Positions 11,167-21,933 of a stretch of 64,000 nucleotides of DNA are shown here, piece after piece. The DNA is taken from the NCBI GenBank assembly GCA_002811645.1, contig PDIP01000049.1, positions 56,223-120,222 on the forward strand, written 5' to 3'. A program made the position numbers and the translations under genes. The DNA is from Corallochytrium limacisporum Hawaii (lineage: Eukaryota; Protista; Pluriformea). The notes below the pieces were generated by a model. It was given only the letters and a program-made list of their open reading frames with translations, ran no database searches and was not told the DNA's origin. The number at the start of each line of letters is the position of its first letter. The stretch's first letter is position 1.

Positions 11167-14100
11167 TCACGCGGGGGATGAGGCACCCGTAGGGTCCGCC
11201 CTATGCCTCATTCGCCTCCTGCGCTGCCGCGTTCTGGCCCGACGTCTAGCAGCAGCCGACCGACGGCCACTGCCGCCTCCGTCGCTGTCGTCCTCCATGT
11301 CTGAGCCGTCATCCTCGTCACTGCCGTCATCGTCAAAGTCTTCATCATCATCCAGATGGCTGCGCTGCTCCTCAATGTCCACATCAACGGGTGCTATAGT
11401 GGTTGCCGGCATTGTGGAGGACTCTGCTGCGGCTTGCGTCTCCGCCTCGGCTTCGGCGAGCGAGTCAATCAAAGGTCTCGTGCCATCGTGCACAACGGGA
11501 GTCAGGCCGTTATTGGGGTCGTAGACATCCTCAAACAGGAGTTCCACATCATCTGTCGCCTCTTCTTCGTCCTCTTCTTCCAAGTCATCATCTTCGTCAC
11601 CCACAGACTGCTCAAGCAGTCCGGTGAGGCTCTGGTCGCTGAACGCTGTTGCCGAAGGACGCCCCGACGCCTCGGCTTCATCTGAAGTCTGTGGCCTCTC
11701 GCTATGCCCACCGACGCTATAGTCGCCTGTCTGTTCGTCTAGCAAGGGCGAAGTGCCAGCGGTCGGTACGTTATCGCCATCTTCGGCTGGTAACTTGCTT
11801 ACTGATGCCGAGTTCGAAGCAGAAACGACTTCTGTCGCAGCAGTGGAGTCTGCTACCGTTGACGGCGGCGGTGGTGAGAGTCCCTCTTCGTCGCTCTCAT
11901 TGCCAGCAGCAACATCGTCGTCCTCAAAATCTTCGCCGTCATTTAGAGACTCGCGGCCGGCTGTGATCATTTCTTCGCGCATGGCGGAAGCAGACGCAAC
12001 ACTGCGGTTGAGCGGTCCGTCAATTCGTTCGCGTTCCAGGCGCATGATATGGTGATGCCAGCGAGCGCGACGCGTTTCGGAGTCGCGCCGGTTGACGCCA
12101 ACGCGGCTGCGCATTTTCTCGATGTCTGTTTCGTATGCCCTATTGGCATTGGTCACCGCCTGAGACGTTGACGAGGACGCGGGTAGATGTGTCCGTTCTA
12201 CGTTCATGGCGTCAACGTCACCCTCATCGTCATCATCGCCATCAGTGAAGACATCCTGGCGCTGCAAAGGTGTTTGCAGAGCTCGAATCTGTGGGGAAGT
12301 GTCAGTATGGTCAAGACGTACGCCAGTGTCCTGCAATGGCTCGTCCGCGTCGTGGTAATCCGATGTCGGTTCCACGCTGGCATCACGATCGCGCGTGGAG
12401 CGGATGTGGTTGCCTTCGATCACACTGGCAGCGGCCAGATCAGCAGAGGATACTTGAACAGGAGTGCTGATGTGAGGGCGAGAGATCATATCACTGAGCA
12501 TTCGCCGACGACGATCTCTCCGTTGTTCCGCGGTCAACGCGGTCACTGACGAAGAGCGGCCCTGCTGGTGTGTCGGCTGCATGGCTGGCACAGTCGTGTG
12601 CGAAGTGTGCTGATCCTCAGTTACGCTTGAAGCTCTGCGTTCCAAGTTCAACCCTCCTGCTGCAGTGTGGTGTTCTGTGACATCCTCCACAGCAGCAGCG
12701 GCAGGGCCAGACACAGTAGTGTGCTCCTGCTCTTGCCCCCTTATTCCAGCCCCCGCAGCCGGCTGTCCCTCGCGTTCCTGCAGCGCCCCCTGAACCTGCC
12801 GCCGGACCTGGCCTTGCCTCATCCATCGATGCTGGTCCGCTTGCACCGCTTGTGACTGCGCCAGCCATTGGCGCATAACGGCGTCACGGGCGAAGCGACC
12901 ACCAGCGCCTGCCCCTGGCGCAGCACCAGCCGCCGGTGGCGGTACTGCTGGCTGGGCCATACGATGGTGCTGGGGTGGCAAGATCTGGCTCAGGTTAACA
13001 AGCATTGGATTGCCCATGAAATTACGCGGCAGTCTAGGCACCCCCAGAGCTTCTTGAGCGCAAGAGATCCAGCAGGCGCTACTACAGCAACGGCTTCGCA
13101 CGGGTACATCGCTCTCATCGATGGCATTGACAAGGTACAGGTAGTCATAGCTCTGCTGAAGCATCCGTTTGCCACACTGACTGCAGCGAGTCTGGGCATG
13201 TATGTAGTCGATTAGATGCGGCAGAACCTGCTGATACATAAGCCATTTCTGACTGCGGTCCATAAGCGCTCTTGCGCTGAATTCTAGCAGAGACAGTGGC
13301 TGATCACCGCTCCAACTGAACCGTTCGTTGAGTGGGTTGCCCGAGATAAAGAGCTGCAGTCCGACGATCGGAGTCAGCTCGACTGGGATGCTTCCCAATT
13401 TGCAGTCCCGAACGTTCAGCTTGCGAAGGTTTCGACAGGCACCAAGTTCCGGGGGTAGCGACGTAATGTCCAGCCCACGCAGGTACAACTTGCGCAAGCT
13501 CTTGAGGAAGCCAATGTCACCTGGGATATTTGGAATGTCATTCAGCCGCAGATCCAGATCCTGCAGGTTGACCAGTTCGCAAATGACCAGAGGAAATTCG
13601 GAAAAGCAATTACCCGCAGCCTTCAGTTCGACCAAATGCCGACAATCACGGAGGCTGTCCGGCAGGGCCCGCAGGCGATTCCAGCTCAGGTGTAGTCGTT
13701 GCAATTTTTCACACCCTCCGATGGTATCCGGAAGCAGCGTCAATTGGTTCGCCCGCAGATACAGAATTTCTAGCTTCTTCAATTTGCCCAAGCTCTCCGG
13801 CAACACCTGGATCTGATTGTTGTGCAGGTAGAGCTTAACCAGACTGACCATATCCCCAATCTCATCGGGCAAAGTGGGCCCGAGGTTATTGTAATAGACG
13901 CTCAATGTGGTTAAGTGCCGGAGGTTGCCAATTTCTTTGGGTAATGACCGCAGTGCATTATTACGGAGGTACAGTTTGGCCAGTTTCTCAAGTGCGCCAA
14001 TTTCTGGAGGCAAGCTCTTCAGCGAGTTCTCTTTCATATGCAGCACCGTCAATTGGGTCAATTGCGCCAGCGCTTCCCCATTGATGGTCTCCATGTGATT

Positions 14101-14421
14101 TTCCTTGAGATTCAGTTTCTTCAAAGTTACCAACTGCCCAAGCTGTACCGGAATATCCTCCAGCAGATTACCGTTCATGCTGAGTTGCTCAAGGCAGACC
14201 AGCAGGGCAATCTCTTCCGGAATCCGTGCAATTAGATTATGTCCCAGATTTAAAGTCTTCAGTTTACGGCAGACCTTCAAAAGCTCCGGAGGAATGTCCA
14301 TTAGACGGTTGAAACTAAGATCTGCGTTCGTAGCATTGACATGACTCCGAATTAACCGGCTCGGCACCTCAGAGGCATTTTGGCCGCTGAAGCGCAGAGA
14401 CTTGCTACCTTTTACACCCAT
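11167..14421 (-). CDS. Leucine-rich repeat protein with LRRC58/LRRC28-like Cys-rich module and a long acidic disordered tail
   Basis: About 14 LxxLxLxxNxLxxLP repeats (aa ~30-365), then LSLLEFSARAL...RCSQCGK...VPVRSRCCSSAC, then ~600 aa of low-complexity D/E-rich sequence ending in a basic NLS-like patch. Confidence 0.85.
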   Translation of the reverse strand: MGVKGSKSLRFSGQNASEVPSRLIRSHVNATNADLSFNRLMDIPPELLKVCRKLKTLNLGHNLIARIPEEIALLVCLEQLSMNGNLLEDIPVQLGQLVTLKKLNLKENHMETINGEALAQLTQLTVLHMKENSLKSLPPEIGALEKLAKLYLRNNALRSLPKEIGNLRHLTTLSVYYNNLGPTLPDEIGDMVSLVKLYLHNNQIQVLPESLGKLKKLEILYLRANQLTLLPDTIGGCEKLQRLHLSWNRLRALPDSLRDCRHLVELKAAGNCFSEFPLVICELVNLQDLDLRLNDIPNIPGDIGFLKSLRKLYLRGLDITSLPPELGACRNLRKLNVRDCKLGSIPVELTPIVGLQLFISGNPLNERFSWSGDQPLSLLEFSARALMDRSQKWLMYQQVLPHLIDYIHAQTRCSQCGKRMLQQSYDYLYLVNAIDESDVPVRSRCCSSACWISCAQEALGVPRLPRNFMGNPMLVNLSQILPPQHHRMAQPAVPPPAAGAAPGAGAGGRFARDAVMRQWLAQSQAVQADQHRWMRQGQVRRQVQGALQEREGQPAAGAGIRGQEQEHTTVSGPAAAAVEDVTEHHTAAGGLNLERRASSVTEDQHTSHTTVPAMQPTHQQGRSSSVTALTAEQRRDRRRRMLSDMISRPHISTPVQVSSADLAAASVIEGNHIRSTRDRDASVEPTSDYHDADEPLQDTGVRLDHTDTSPQIRALQTPLQRQDVFTDGDDDDEGDVDAMNVERTHLPASSSTSQAVTNANRAYETDIEKMRSRVGVNRRDSETRRARWHHHIMRLERERIDGPLNRSVASASAMREEMITAGRESLNDGEDFEDDDVAAGNESDEEGLSPPPPSTVADSTAATEVVSASNSASVSKLPAEDGDNVPTAGTSPLLDEQTGDYSVGGHSERPQTSDEAEASGRPSATAFSDQSLTGLLEQSVGDEDDDLEEEDEEEATDDVELLFEDVYDPNNGLTPVVHDGTRPLIDSLAEAEAETQAAAESSTMPATTIAPVDVDIEEQRSHLDDDEDFDDDGSDEDDGSDMEDDSDGGGSGRRSAAARRRARTRQRRRRMRHRADPTGASSPA

Positions 14422-15080
14422 TTCCTTGTGTTAACTGATCGCTCTTGAGCTAAAGGTCCCTTCGACTGGAAAGAAAGCCTCACCGGTGTTAATTATGATG
14501 CCATCCTGTAAGGAAGAAATGTAGGCAAATTTCACTTGACGATGTTTCTACCGGGCCATTCTAGTTCTTTGAGATCGAAGCCTATCCCTAAGCTGAACTT
14601 GTACACTGATAACCTATAACACACTCTTTGATCTTGCGCGGAAAGTACAGATGCTATCCTTGTGTGCTTAAGAACCGTACCGACAATTCATCTCCTGGTG
14701 ATATTGAGGTCCATAAGGTGGTTTGGGAAATTTTGTTCCATCTCGTTTCACGAATAGCTTCCAAGTTCTCTGAACCAACGTTAAATAAACCATTGCCAAA
14801 CTGTGAACCCAGCTCATGGTTCCGGTTCGTGGACAAATGAAGCACCGGAGCAAGACCCGTGAAGAAAGTCACCAAAGGGACGACGCCTTTGACCAAAACG
14901 GAACGTCCGGCGAACGAAACTTTCAAACCGAAGAAACAGAAAGGAAAGAAAGAAAGAAAAAAGAAAAAGAGGAAGAAAATAAAAAAAGGACGTGGTGGGT
15001 AAGGGGCGATGAAGACTTGGGTGAGGCCGAAGGACCGGTTGCCAAAAGCAGTGAGACCCTCCTCCACGAAAGAAGGCCCG

Positions 15081-15098
15081 CCCCCCCCCCCCGGGGGG
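15081..15098. promoter_or_regulatory. C12G6 tract upstream of LRR gene
   Basis: Seen directly, 660 bp upstream of the LRR ATG. Role is inferred. Confidence 0.45.
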
Positions 15099-16359
15099 CC
15101 GTACGCGGGGAAAAAGGCGAGAACAGCGAACCCCAAAAATTAAAAAGTAAAAGAAAGGGCGAGCGAGAGACCTAAAGATTTGAGCGAAGGAAGGGCCGGG
15201 GATAGAGAGAAAAAGGAGCGAGCCGCCGAGCCCCCGGGGGCCCCCTTCCTGGCCTTCCCATCTGCGCTCCAAAAAATGGGGGGATGAGATTTCCCCTCTC
15301 TCTCCCCCCTCTTTTTTCTTTTCCCGGTGCGTTCCTCAGGTCAGTCCCGCATTCTATCAATTTTTCATCTCTTTCTCTTGCGCTCCTTACAAAAGCCACT
15401 GACTCATCTATTGCTCCCGTGATAACGCCTCCCGGAACTCCCTATTGAAAGTATGGACATTCTGTCCGAGAGATGTAGTACTACTTTTCTTGGTGGTTGG
15501 CGGGTCCGTCGCTCGTCGCAGTCCCAAAAGGCGGGAGAATTCAATTTTTTCTTTCTCCTCTGGCCTCTTGTCCTTATCTATCATTTTTCTTTGGTTTTTT
15601 ATGCGCTATCTGCGGGGCCAAAGGGGAGGGAGGGGGGGTAACCAAAGCGCCTGTGTTTTGACAACCAACCACAAACCTTACCCCCTTTGCGGTCCACCTT
15701 TCTATTTTTTTTTGGTTTTGGGTGAGTGATCCCAAGAGCCAGTATCGAAGCAATGGGCAAAGGAAGAAGAGGGAGGTCCCGGGGGGAGGGAGGCAGGTGG
15801 CCGTCGTCGTCGCCTGGCTTTGTGGTATTCGGGAGGGAAGGACGAAGAAAGGGGGGGGGGGCCATGGATGGTGCCCTTCTAAGAGGGGGGAGAGGGGCGA
15901 AGGTCCTGGTGCCAGAGACCAAGAGAACAGAGGCAAACGTGAGGGGGAGAATGATCGGGCCCAATGTAGCAGCAATGTGCCATTAAAACATAATTGATGA
16001 AGAAAAAAATGCAAGGAATAAAAGAAAATATGACACGGGCTGGTCAGGTGGTAACACACCGGAGTGGGCCCGCCCCCGGGGACTGGGACGAGAAGGGGGA
16101 GGGGGGGGGGCGGGGGAGAGCCTGGGCTCTACCCGGGCCACCCGATAAAATGGAAAACTCGCTCAATCCCCCACCCTCCCGGGGGGGCTTCCCCGGGTCA
16201 CGTCCCCGTCCCCGGTACCTAACGTATACCATCAGAATCGCTTGTAAATTCCTTTAATATTTGATGGTCCGGATTGATATGACTTCGGAGTAAGTGCTAG
16301 GCGCTTAGCTGCCCTTTCCGCTGCAACTGTGAGCCTTGGCGGCCACACTGGTTTTCGAT

Positions 16360-16438
16360 NNNNNNNNNNNNNNNNNNNNNNNNNNNNNNNNNNNNNNNNN
16401 NNNNNNNNNNNNNNNCCCTCCCCCCCCGGGGGGGGGGG
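16360..16438. other. 56-N gap followed by C8G11 tract
   Basis: N at 16360-16415, C at 16420-16427, G at 16428-16438. Confidence 0.9.
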
Positions 16439-16477
16439 CGTGAAGGTGGCAGATCAATTCCACGCACCAGGGAGCCA

Positions 16478-19291
16478 CTAGATCTCAGAGCTGGGTTCCT
16501 TCGGATCGGCATGGGACAGTAGTGCCTGCTGGGCGCGGTCAAAGCCGCCCTTATCGTCGGGCAGAGGCCCGCCGTCGGTCACGAGCGCCTCCAACGCACC
16601 GCGGATGGCGTTAATATCTGCCCTGAGCTGTAACTTCCATGGGCTACTCACATCCTCGGCTGTGCCAGCTCCAACCCCCAATCCTCCCGGAGAGGACGTG
16701 CCTGAGGCCGGGTTGCTGCCGCCGACGGTGGCGGAACGCGTGCCCTTCTTCAATTTTTTCAACGAGGCTTCACGCTTGCGTTCCTTCTCTACCACTGCTG
16801 TGACTTCGTCTGCGAGTGTGGAGGCAATGCGCGGAACCGCGGCGTCGAGGACTGTGCGACCCATCACTAGGTGGCTTGCGAGCGACTGTGACATCAGCCA
16901 AACCAGCGGTTCCGTGACGGCTCTGGAATCGGACGTCGGCGGGGGCAACGGTTGGGAGCCGCCTGCACCCTGACCACTCAGGGCACTTGACACACTGCCG
17001 ACTGGTGACAGACCGCTTCGCTTGACTCGGAAAAGCTTGGGCAATCCGGAGACGTAGCCAAGTGCCTTGACGCACGCTTCTGGCACGCCGCCCACGACGG
17101 CCTCGTTGAAGCAGGCTCGCGAGAGGTCTAGCATAGAGGCGTTAAGTGTATCCGCCATTGCCTTGCTTAGCCCATCGGAAAGAGTTGTCGTGCTCACATT
17201 CACGCTACCCGCGTCGCTATCGACAATTACCTTCTGCAAATGTTGAGCCATGATTGTTGCAAGGTTGGTGTGCAGCCATTCAATGTCCAGCAGCAGCGCC
17301 ATGCACAGAAGCCATTGATTGCGGTTAACTTCTTCTTCTGATACTGTGGCACCTCCTGTACCAGCTCCACTGTCGGGTGCCTGGTCTGCTGCCTCGCCAA
17401 GACCGGACTTTTGATCCGTGGCCCTGATTGTGGCAGTGGCTGTACTGCGGAACTGGTCGTCGCCGATCTGGGCCATCAACCAGGCAAGGTACGCATCGAC
17501 AAGTGTGAATGATGTCTTCGTTAGGCGATCTACAATCGGCATCAGAAGCACCTCCTCAGACAGTGCAAAGTTCACTGCCTCCACCAATCGTCGTGTCTGA
17601 CCCATGGCAACAGGAATCAGTGACGTTGCATTCACTTCGACCAAATCAGGCCGCTTGGTGTGCTCCAGGCTTGGCTTGAGCATGCCCTGGACCTCGCGGT
17701 TGCGCAGTTGGAAATAGGCCGTGGTGTTCCACTTTTCGACAAACTGCCGGAGTTCTTTGGTCTGCAGGAAGGCCGCGAGAGCTTCGTCGCTCTGCAGCTG
17801 ACGCTTTACGTCACGGTGCACGAATTTCATAGCCTGGCGGTAATGACGGTGAAAGACAGCGGGTAGAGCCGGGGTGAACAGCGGCGGGATCTCCCGACAG
17901 AGTGCCGCCAACACGGATGGGAAGTATGCACGGGCGAGAACAAGTCGCTCGCCGCTGCCGGTACCCAGTCGCTGGTCGAATGCTGCAGTGAGCAGACGCA
18001 GAGAACGATCCTGGGCTGCCGTCTCCATAAACTTAATTAGGAGCCCTTGAAGATCCACCTTGGACGCCGATCCCGAAGACGACGATGACGAGCCAAGGGC
18101 GTCCCTCATAGTCTTTTTCGCCAGGGGCGCAAGATAGTGTTCCACGAACAGATCGATGAGCTTGCTGATGCCATCGCCCGTGCGACTGTCCCCACCCATA
18201 CCTTCGAACAACCCAATGAGGCTCACGAGTTCCTGGATGAGCTTTCCATCGTCAGCAGTTTCGCTGCTTCTGTTATCGATGGACTCAAGAGTCCGCAGCA
18301 AGTTTTCCGTGAGATCCGTGGTTATGGCTGAATGGATTTTGTCGATTCGTGGAGTGGCCTTCTGCAGAAAAGCCTCACCGTCACCTGACTTCCGCAGCAA
18401 TTCCACCGTCTCACGCAGACGACTGTATTCCTGGCATAGTTGGACCAGCTTTGTGGATGTTGCGGCCTGTGTTCGAGTCGCTGGACCCGGTTCTGCGATC
18501 GCTGCTTTGGTTGCCACCATCAAATCCTCCATAGCGGCTACTCCACCGTTGGCGTTTCCAGCACCAACAACACTTAACGCGTCCGCGAGCGCTACTTCGC
18601 CCAAACCAAGACCAGTAGTAGTAGCACTGCTGGCAGCTCCGCCAGCCAAACCCCCGCTTGATTCACGCTTGACACTCTGCCGTGCCGGACTTTTTGCCGA
18701 TGATGCCGGCATCACCGACCTTCGATACTGCTCAAGAATCTGCTCCATGTTTTGTAGGTCCTTGTCTGCGCTGATGATGCGCCGTAGGGCGATCCGTTTG
18801 CGATTGATTGCGGCCTGGGACTCAAGCAATTCTTTCATTTCGCTGAGGTGCATGCGAGTGAGGCTTAGATCGCGATCTACTTCATTGGTCACAGACTGCA
18901 AGGGTTCCCGCGTCTGTGCAATCGCGGAGTCCAGACCTTTCAGACTGCTGCTAAGGTTCAAAAAGTCTGCATAGTCTTCATTGATCATGACCACGAGATC
19001 TGTTTTCACACTCGCCGCGTAGGCAGTGAGGTCCTCGTGCACCCGCTCAAGGGTGCCCCTCCGTCGCGCAGCTCGCAACAATTTATCCACGTTGAAGGTT
19101 TCTGCTGTGAAGTCCTGGGGATCAAAGACATAGCCATCCTTCTGCGGCCGACGCGCGTCTCCGCCGTCGGTTGAAGTCACAGACGCAGAAGACCTCCGGA
19201 GAATGCCGGTTGGATTGTAGTCTCCACTGACCTTTCGACTGCCGTCGGTGTCAAGACTATGGCGTTCATCGAATCGAACTTCAGACGCCAT
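16478..19291 (-). CDS. COG2: Conserved oligomeric Golgi complex subunit 2
   Basis: N-terminal FDPQDF..FNVD and LVVMINEDYADFLNLSSSLKG; LFTPALPAVFHRHY; KWNTTAYFQLR. Confidence 0.88.
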   Translation of the reverse strand: MASEVRFDERHSLDTDGSRKVSGDYNPTGILRRSSASVTSTDGGDARRPQKDGYVFDPQDFTAETFNVDKLLRAARRRGTLERVHEDLTAYAASVKTDLVVMINEDYADFLNLSSSLKGLDSAIAQTREPLQSVTNEVDRDLSLTRMHLSEMKELLESQAAINRKRIALRRIISADKDLQNMEQILEQYRRSVMPASSAKSPARQSVKRESSGGLAGGAASSATTTGLGLGEVALADALSVVGAGNANGGVAAMEDLMVATKAAIAEPGPATRTQAATSTKLVQLCQEYSRLRETVELLRKSGDGEAFLQKATPRIDKIHSAITTDLTENLLRTLESIDNRSSETADDGKLIQELVSLIGLFEGMGGDSRTGDGISKLIDLFVEHYLAPLAKKTMRDALGSSSSSSGSASKVDLQGLLIKFMETAAQDRSLRLLTAAFDQRLGTGSGERLVLARAYFPSVLAALCREIPPLFTPALPAVFHRHYRQAMKFVHRDVKRQLQSDEALAAFLQTKELRQFVEKWNTTAYFQLRNREVQGMLKPSLEHTKRPDLVEVNATSLIPVAMGQTRRLVEAVNFALSEEVLLMPIVDRLTKTSFTLVDAYLAWLMAQIGDDQFRSTATATIRATDQKSGLGEAADQAPDSGAGTGGATVSEEEVNRNQWLLCMALLLDIEWLHTNLATIMAQHLQKVIVDSDAGSVNVSTTTLSDGLSKAMADTLNASMLDLSRACFNEAVVGGVPEACVKALGYVSGLPKLFRVKRSGLSPVGSVSSALSGQGAGGSQPLPPPTSDSRAVTEPLVWLMSQSLASHLVMGRTVLDAAVPRIASTLADEVTAVVEKERKREASLKKLKKGTRSATVGGSNPASGTSSPGGLGVGAGTAEDVSSPWKLQLRADINAIRGALEALVTDGGPLPDDKGGFDRAQQALLSHADPKEPSSEI

Positions 19292-19744
19292 CTTACTTTC
19301 TTGCTGAATGAATAATTAGTGTATTGGGACTCCTTCACATTGTGGAGTTTCCTCGTCGCTTGCTACACATTAGTCCGTATCATGTCTCTGTCTCCACTGT
19401 GCAATTACTGCATGCTGTCCCTTCCCGGTCTAATTCTTTAAGTTGTTAGTGATTAGTATATTTATGGTGCCCTACACCTCCGTATTTGGTTGGACTGGAA
19501 TAGCTTTTCTACACTCCCGAGAGCTGGAACTCTTTTAGGGGGCTACTGGACTGTGAGACCTAGAGCGCCCACGGGGGGTGTTCGGACCTATCCCGCCCGG
19601 GGAGACGAGAGGTGTAAACACCGGGAGAGGGGCTGACGCGACCACACAAAAGTCTCCAACGCTCCCAAAAGCTGGCTCCCCCACGAAAAACAAACTACCA
19701 GTAAAACCCACGGCTGAAAACAATGGGAGGTCCCCCCCTCTCCT

Positions 19745-19758
19745 CCCCCCCCCCCGGG
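19745..19758. promoter_or_regulatory. C11G3 tract upstream of COG2
   Basis: Seen directly, 454 bp upstream of the COG2 ATG. Role is inferred. Confidence 0.4.
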
Positions 19759-20081
19759 AGGACAGCGGGCAAAGGGTCCCCGCGCGTAATCCACTGTCAT
19801 TCCGGATGATCTCTTCCCCAGGTCGCTACGCTCGATGATCATGGCAACGATGGGCGGTGCATGACGAGGTGTTTATTGTATAGTTTGTGTGAATATGGGG
19901 TCTACGATTTATAATAATGATGTTTTTTCTTATTTCCGTTTCCATTTGGGAACGCGATTTGGTTTGCTTTTCTCTTGTGGGAGTTGATGATTGTTGAAAT
20001 GGGATACATAGCATCCCATGATGCTCCGCTTCTCAAAAGAGCATTTGAGAGTTCATCTTCGAACCTGGCAAAGGCTCAGAT

Positions 20082-21095
20082 TTAGGCTTCATTTACGAAA
20101 ACCTGTACGACGTGATTGCGTGGCACGTCGTAGCTGAGCAAGGTCTTGTTGGCATCCAAAATCTTGCCACCATACACCAGTCTGACCTGTTTGTTCAACA
20201 GCAGATCAGGCTCCTCTTCCATCAGCTTCTGTACCACGTCAGCCACCATCATGCTCTCCTCGACTTGCATCCGATTCTCGTCCTTGCTGATCTTATTGGA
20301 GATACGGAACTTGACCAACTGACCGTCCACCGCAGCGGCCGCAGCAGGCGCCGTCTTGCTGGCGGGGGCGGGACTGCCGCCCTTAGCTTGGCCGTTGGTG
20401 GTTGCAGCGCTCCCCTTCTTACCGGTACTTGCTGCCGTGCTATCGTTAGCGGCGGCGACGGTGGCTGATCCTGCAGCCACGGTTCCTGCTGCTGCTGCTG
20501 CAGCACCAGCAGCGGCAGCAGGTGAAGCGCGGTTGTCGGCGTTTGAATTGGGCGAGCCTTTCTTTCCTCCTGAAGATGAGGCGTTGCCGCTAGCCCCCCC
20601 GTTGGATGCCTCAGCCTTCGCCGCAGCAGCCTCCTTGGCAGCGAGTTGCTTCGATCCTGCGCCCTGCGCACCGCTCAGCGTCGGCGTGGTGCCGGAGGTC
20701 TTTAAGTTTGTTGGTTCGCTGAGACAGTAGTCCGGAATGTTATACTGTACGCCACGGTCATCAATGACGAGACTCAGATTGCCCTTGGGCAGGTAGACAC
20801 GCAGAGCGTTGATGATGGCCTGTGCGTGACTATGCTGTCTGGCCTCAACCGCGGACTTCAGACCGTCCCAGATTTCTTTGCGACCGTTCAGGGACCCGAC
20901 AGTGGTCCAAAATTGGCGGCGTTTGCGTTGCAATTCTTCCCGGGTCATTTCATTCTCAGCTGCCCATTCTGGGGGAAGTGTAATGATCCGACGGTTGCGC
21001 TGGCTAATTGGCTTTACACGAGGTTGGCCGTTGAGGCCGATAGGGGGTGGTCCCACGGGTTCAGCCTGCTGTGGTTTTGCACACGCTCCACCCAT
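20082..21095 (-). CDS. UBTD: Ubiquitin domain-containing protein (UBTD1/2, DC-UbP family)
   Basis: First ATG at 21095 gives MGGACA (myristoylation/palmitoylation-type start). Motifs LQRKRRQFWTT, GRKEIWDGLKSA and YNIPDYCLSEPTNL; C-terminal ubiquitin-like domain RLVYGGKIL...VVQVFV. Confidence 0.9.
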   Translation of the reverse strand: MGGACAKPQQAEPVGPPPIGLNGQPRVKPISQRNRRIITLPPEWAAENEMTREELQRKRRQFWTTVGSLNGRKEIWDGLKSAVEARQHSHAQAIINALRVYLPKGNLSLVIDDRGVQYNIPDYCLSEPTNLKTSGTTPTLSGAQGAGSKQLAAKEAAAAKAEASNGGASGNASSSGGKKGSPNSNADNRASPAAAAGAAAAAAGTVAAGSATVAAANDSTAASTGKKGSAATTNGQAKGGSPAPASKTAPAAAAAVDGQLVKFRISNKISKDENRMQVEESMMVADVVQKLMEEEPDLLLNKQVRLVYGGKILDANKTLLSYDVPRNHVVQVFVNEA

Positions 21096-21902
21096 TGTGT
21101 CAAGCTTTTTGGTTCGAAAGGTTTCGCTTCCTTGTAGAGAATAAGCTTCGTGGTCTGGTCTATTTACGGCTGGCTTTCCTTGCAAGTCCCCAGCAGCTAC
21201 TTGTTTTGCGAATAGAAACTCGAGAGCCGTTCCTACGAAGGTGAACTGTTCCTACTACTCACCTCAACATTGTTGATGTCCTCTATCGTTTCTGACTTGA
21301 CTTAGTGTGGTCTAAGACTAATTAGATTTCTCTTTCCCGAGTTGAACACCTCGAACTTGGTTAGGTTGTTCTGTTCCCCGGTACTGCTATCTGCAAGCAA
21401 CCTTATGCTTTAGTTAATACATGGGTGAAATATGAAACCCGGTTCAGGATACACCGATCTAAAATAGGAGCCCCAGATTCATCATTCACAGTTTCGAAAA
21501 ATGACGTTGGCAGTCTGGTTCATTCGTTCGTCGTTGCGACCAGTCGATTCCAAAGAGGAAAGGACCATCAAAGTTTTGGCTTTTGCTAATCTACGATCAT
21601 CTACTGTCCAGGCCCCACAGTAATTTTCCAAATACTGACGAAGGCGAACGAACAAAGGAAGGGGTTAGGCACTGCCGTTGCAATTCAAAACTCACCGGAA
21701 TACGATCGAATCAAACACGAAAGGCCTGCTGGCCAGCAACAAACACACAAACGAAAGTCACGGCTCAGGTGCGCGAGCAACAGTGCGGGGCGGGGCGGGG
21801 CGGCAAGAAAGAGAGAGAGAGAGACGACAAGGAATCAAAAGGAAAAGGATAAAAAAAAAAATAAGAAAAAGACAAAGTGGAAGAAAAGGAGGAGGACTGC
21901 TG

Positions 21903-21932
<30 letters not shown>
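21903..21932. repeat. (GTA)10 microsatellite
   Basis: Ten perfect GTA units. Confidence 0.9.
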
Positions 21933-21933
<1 letters not shown>

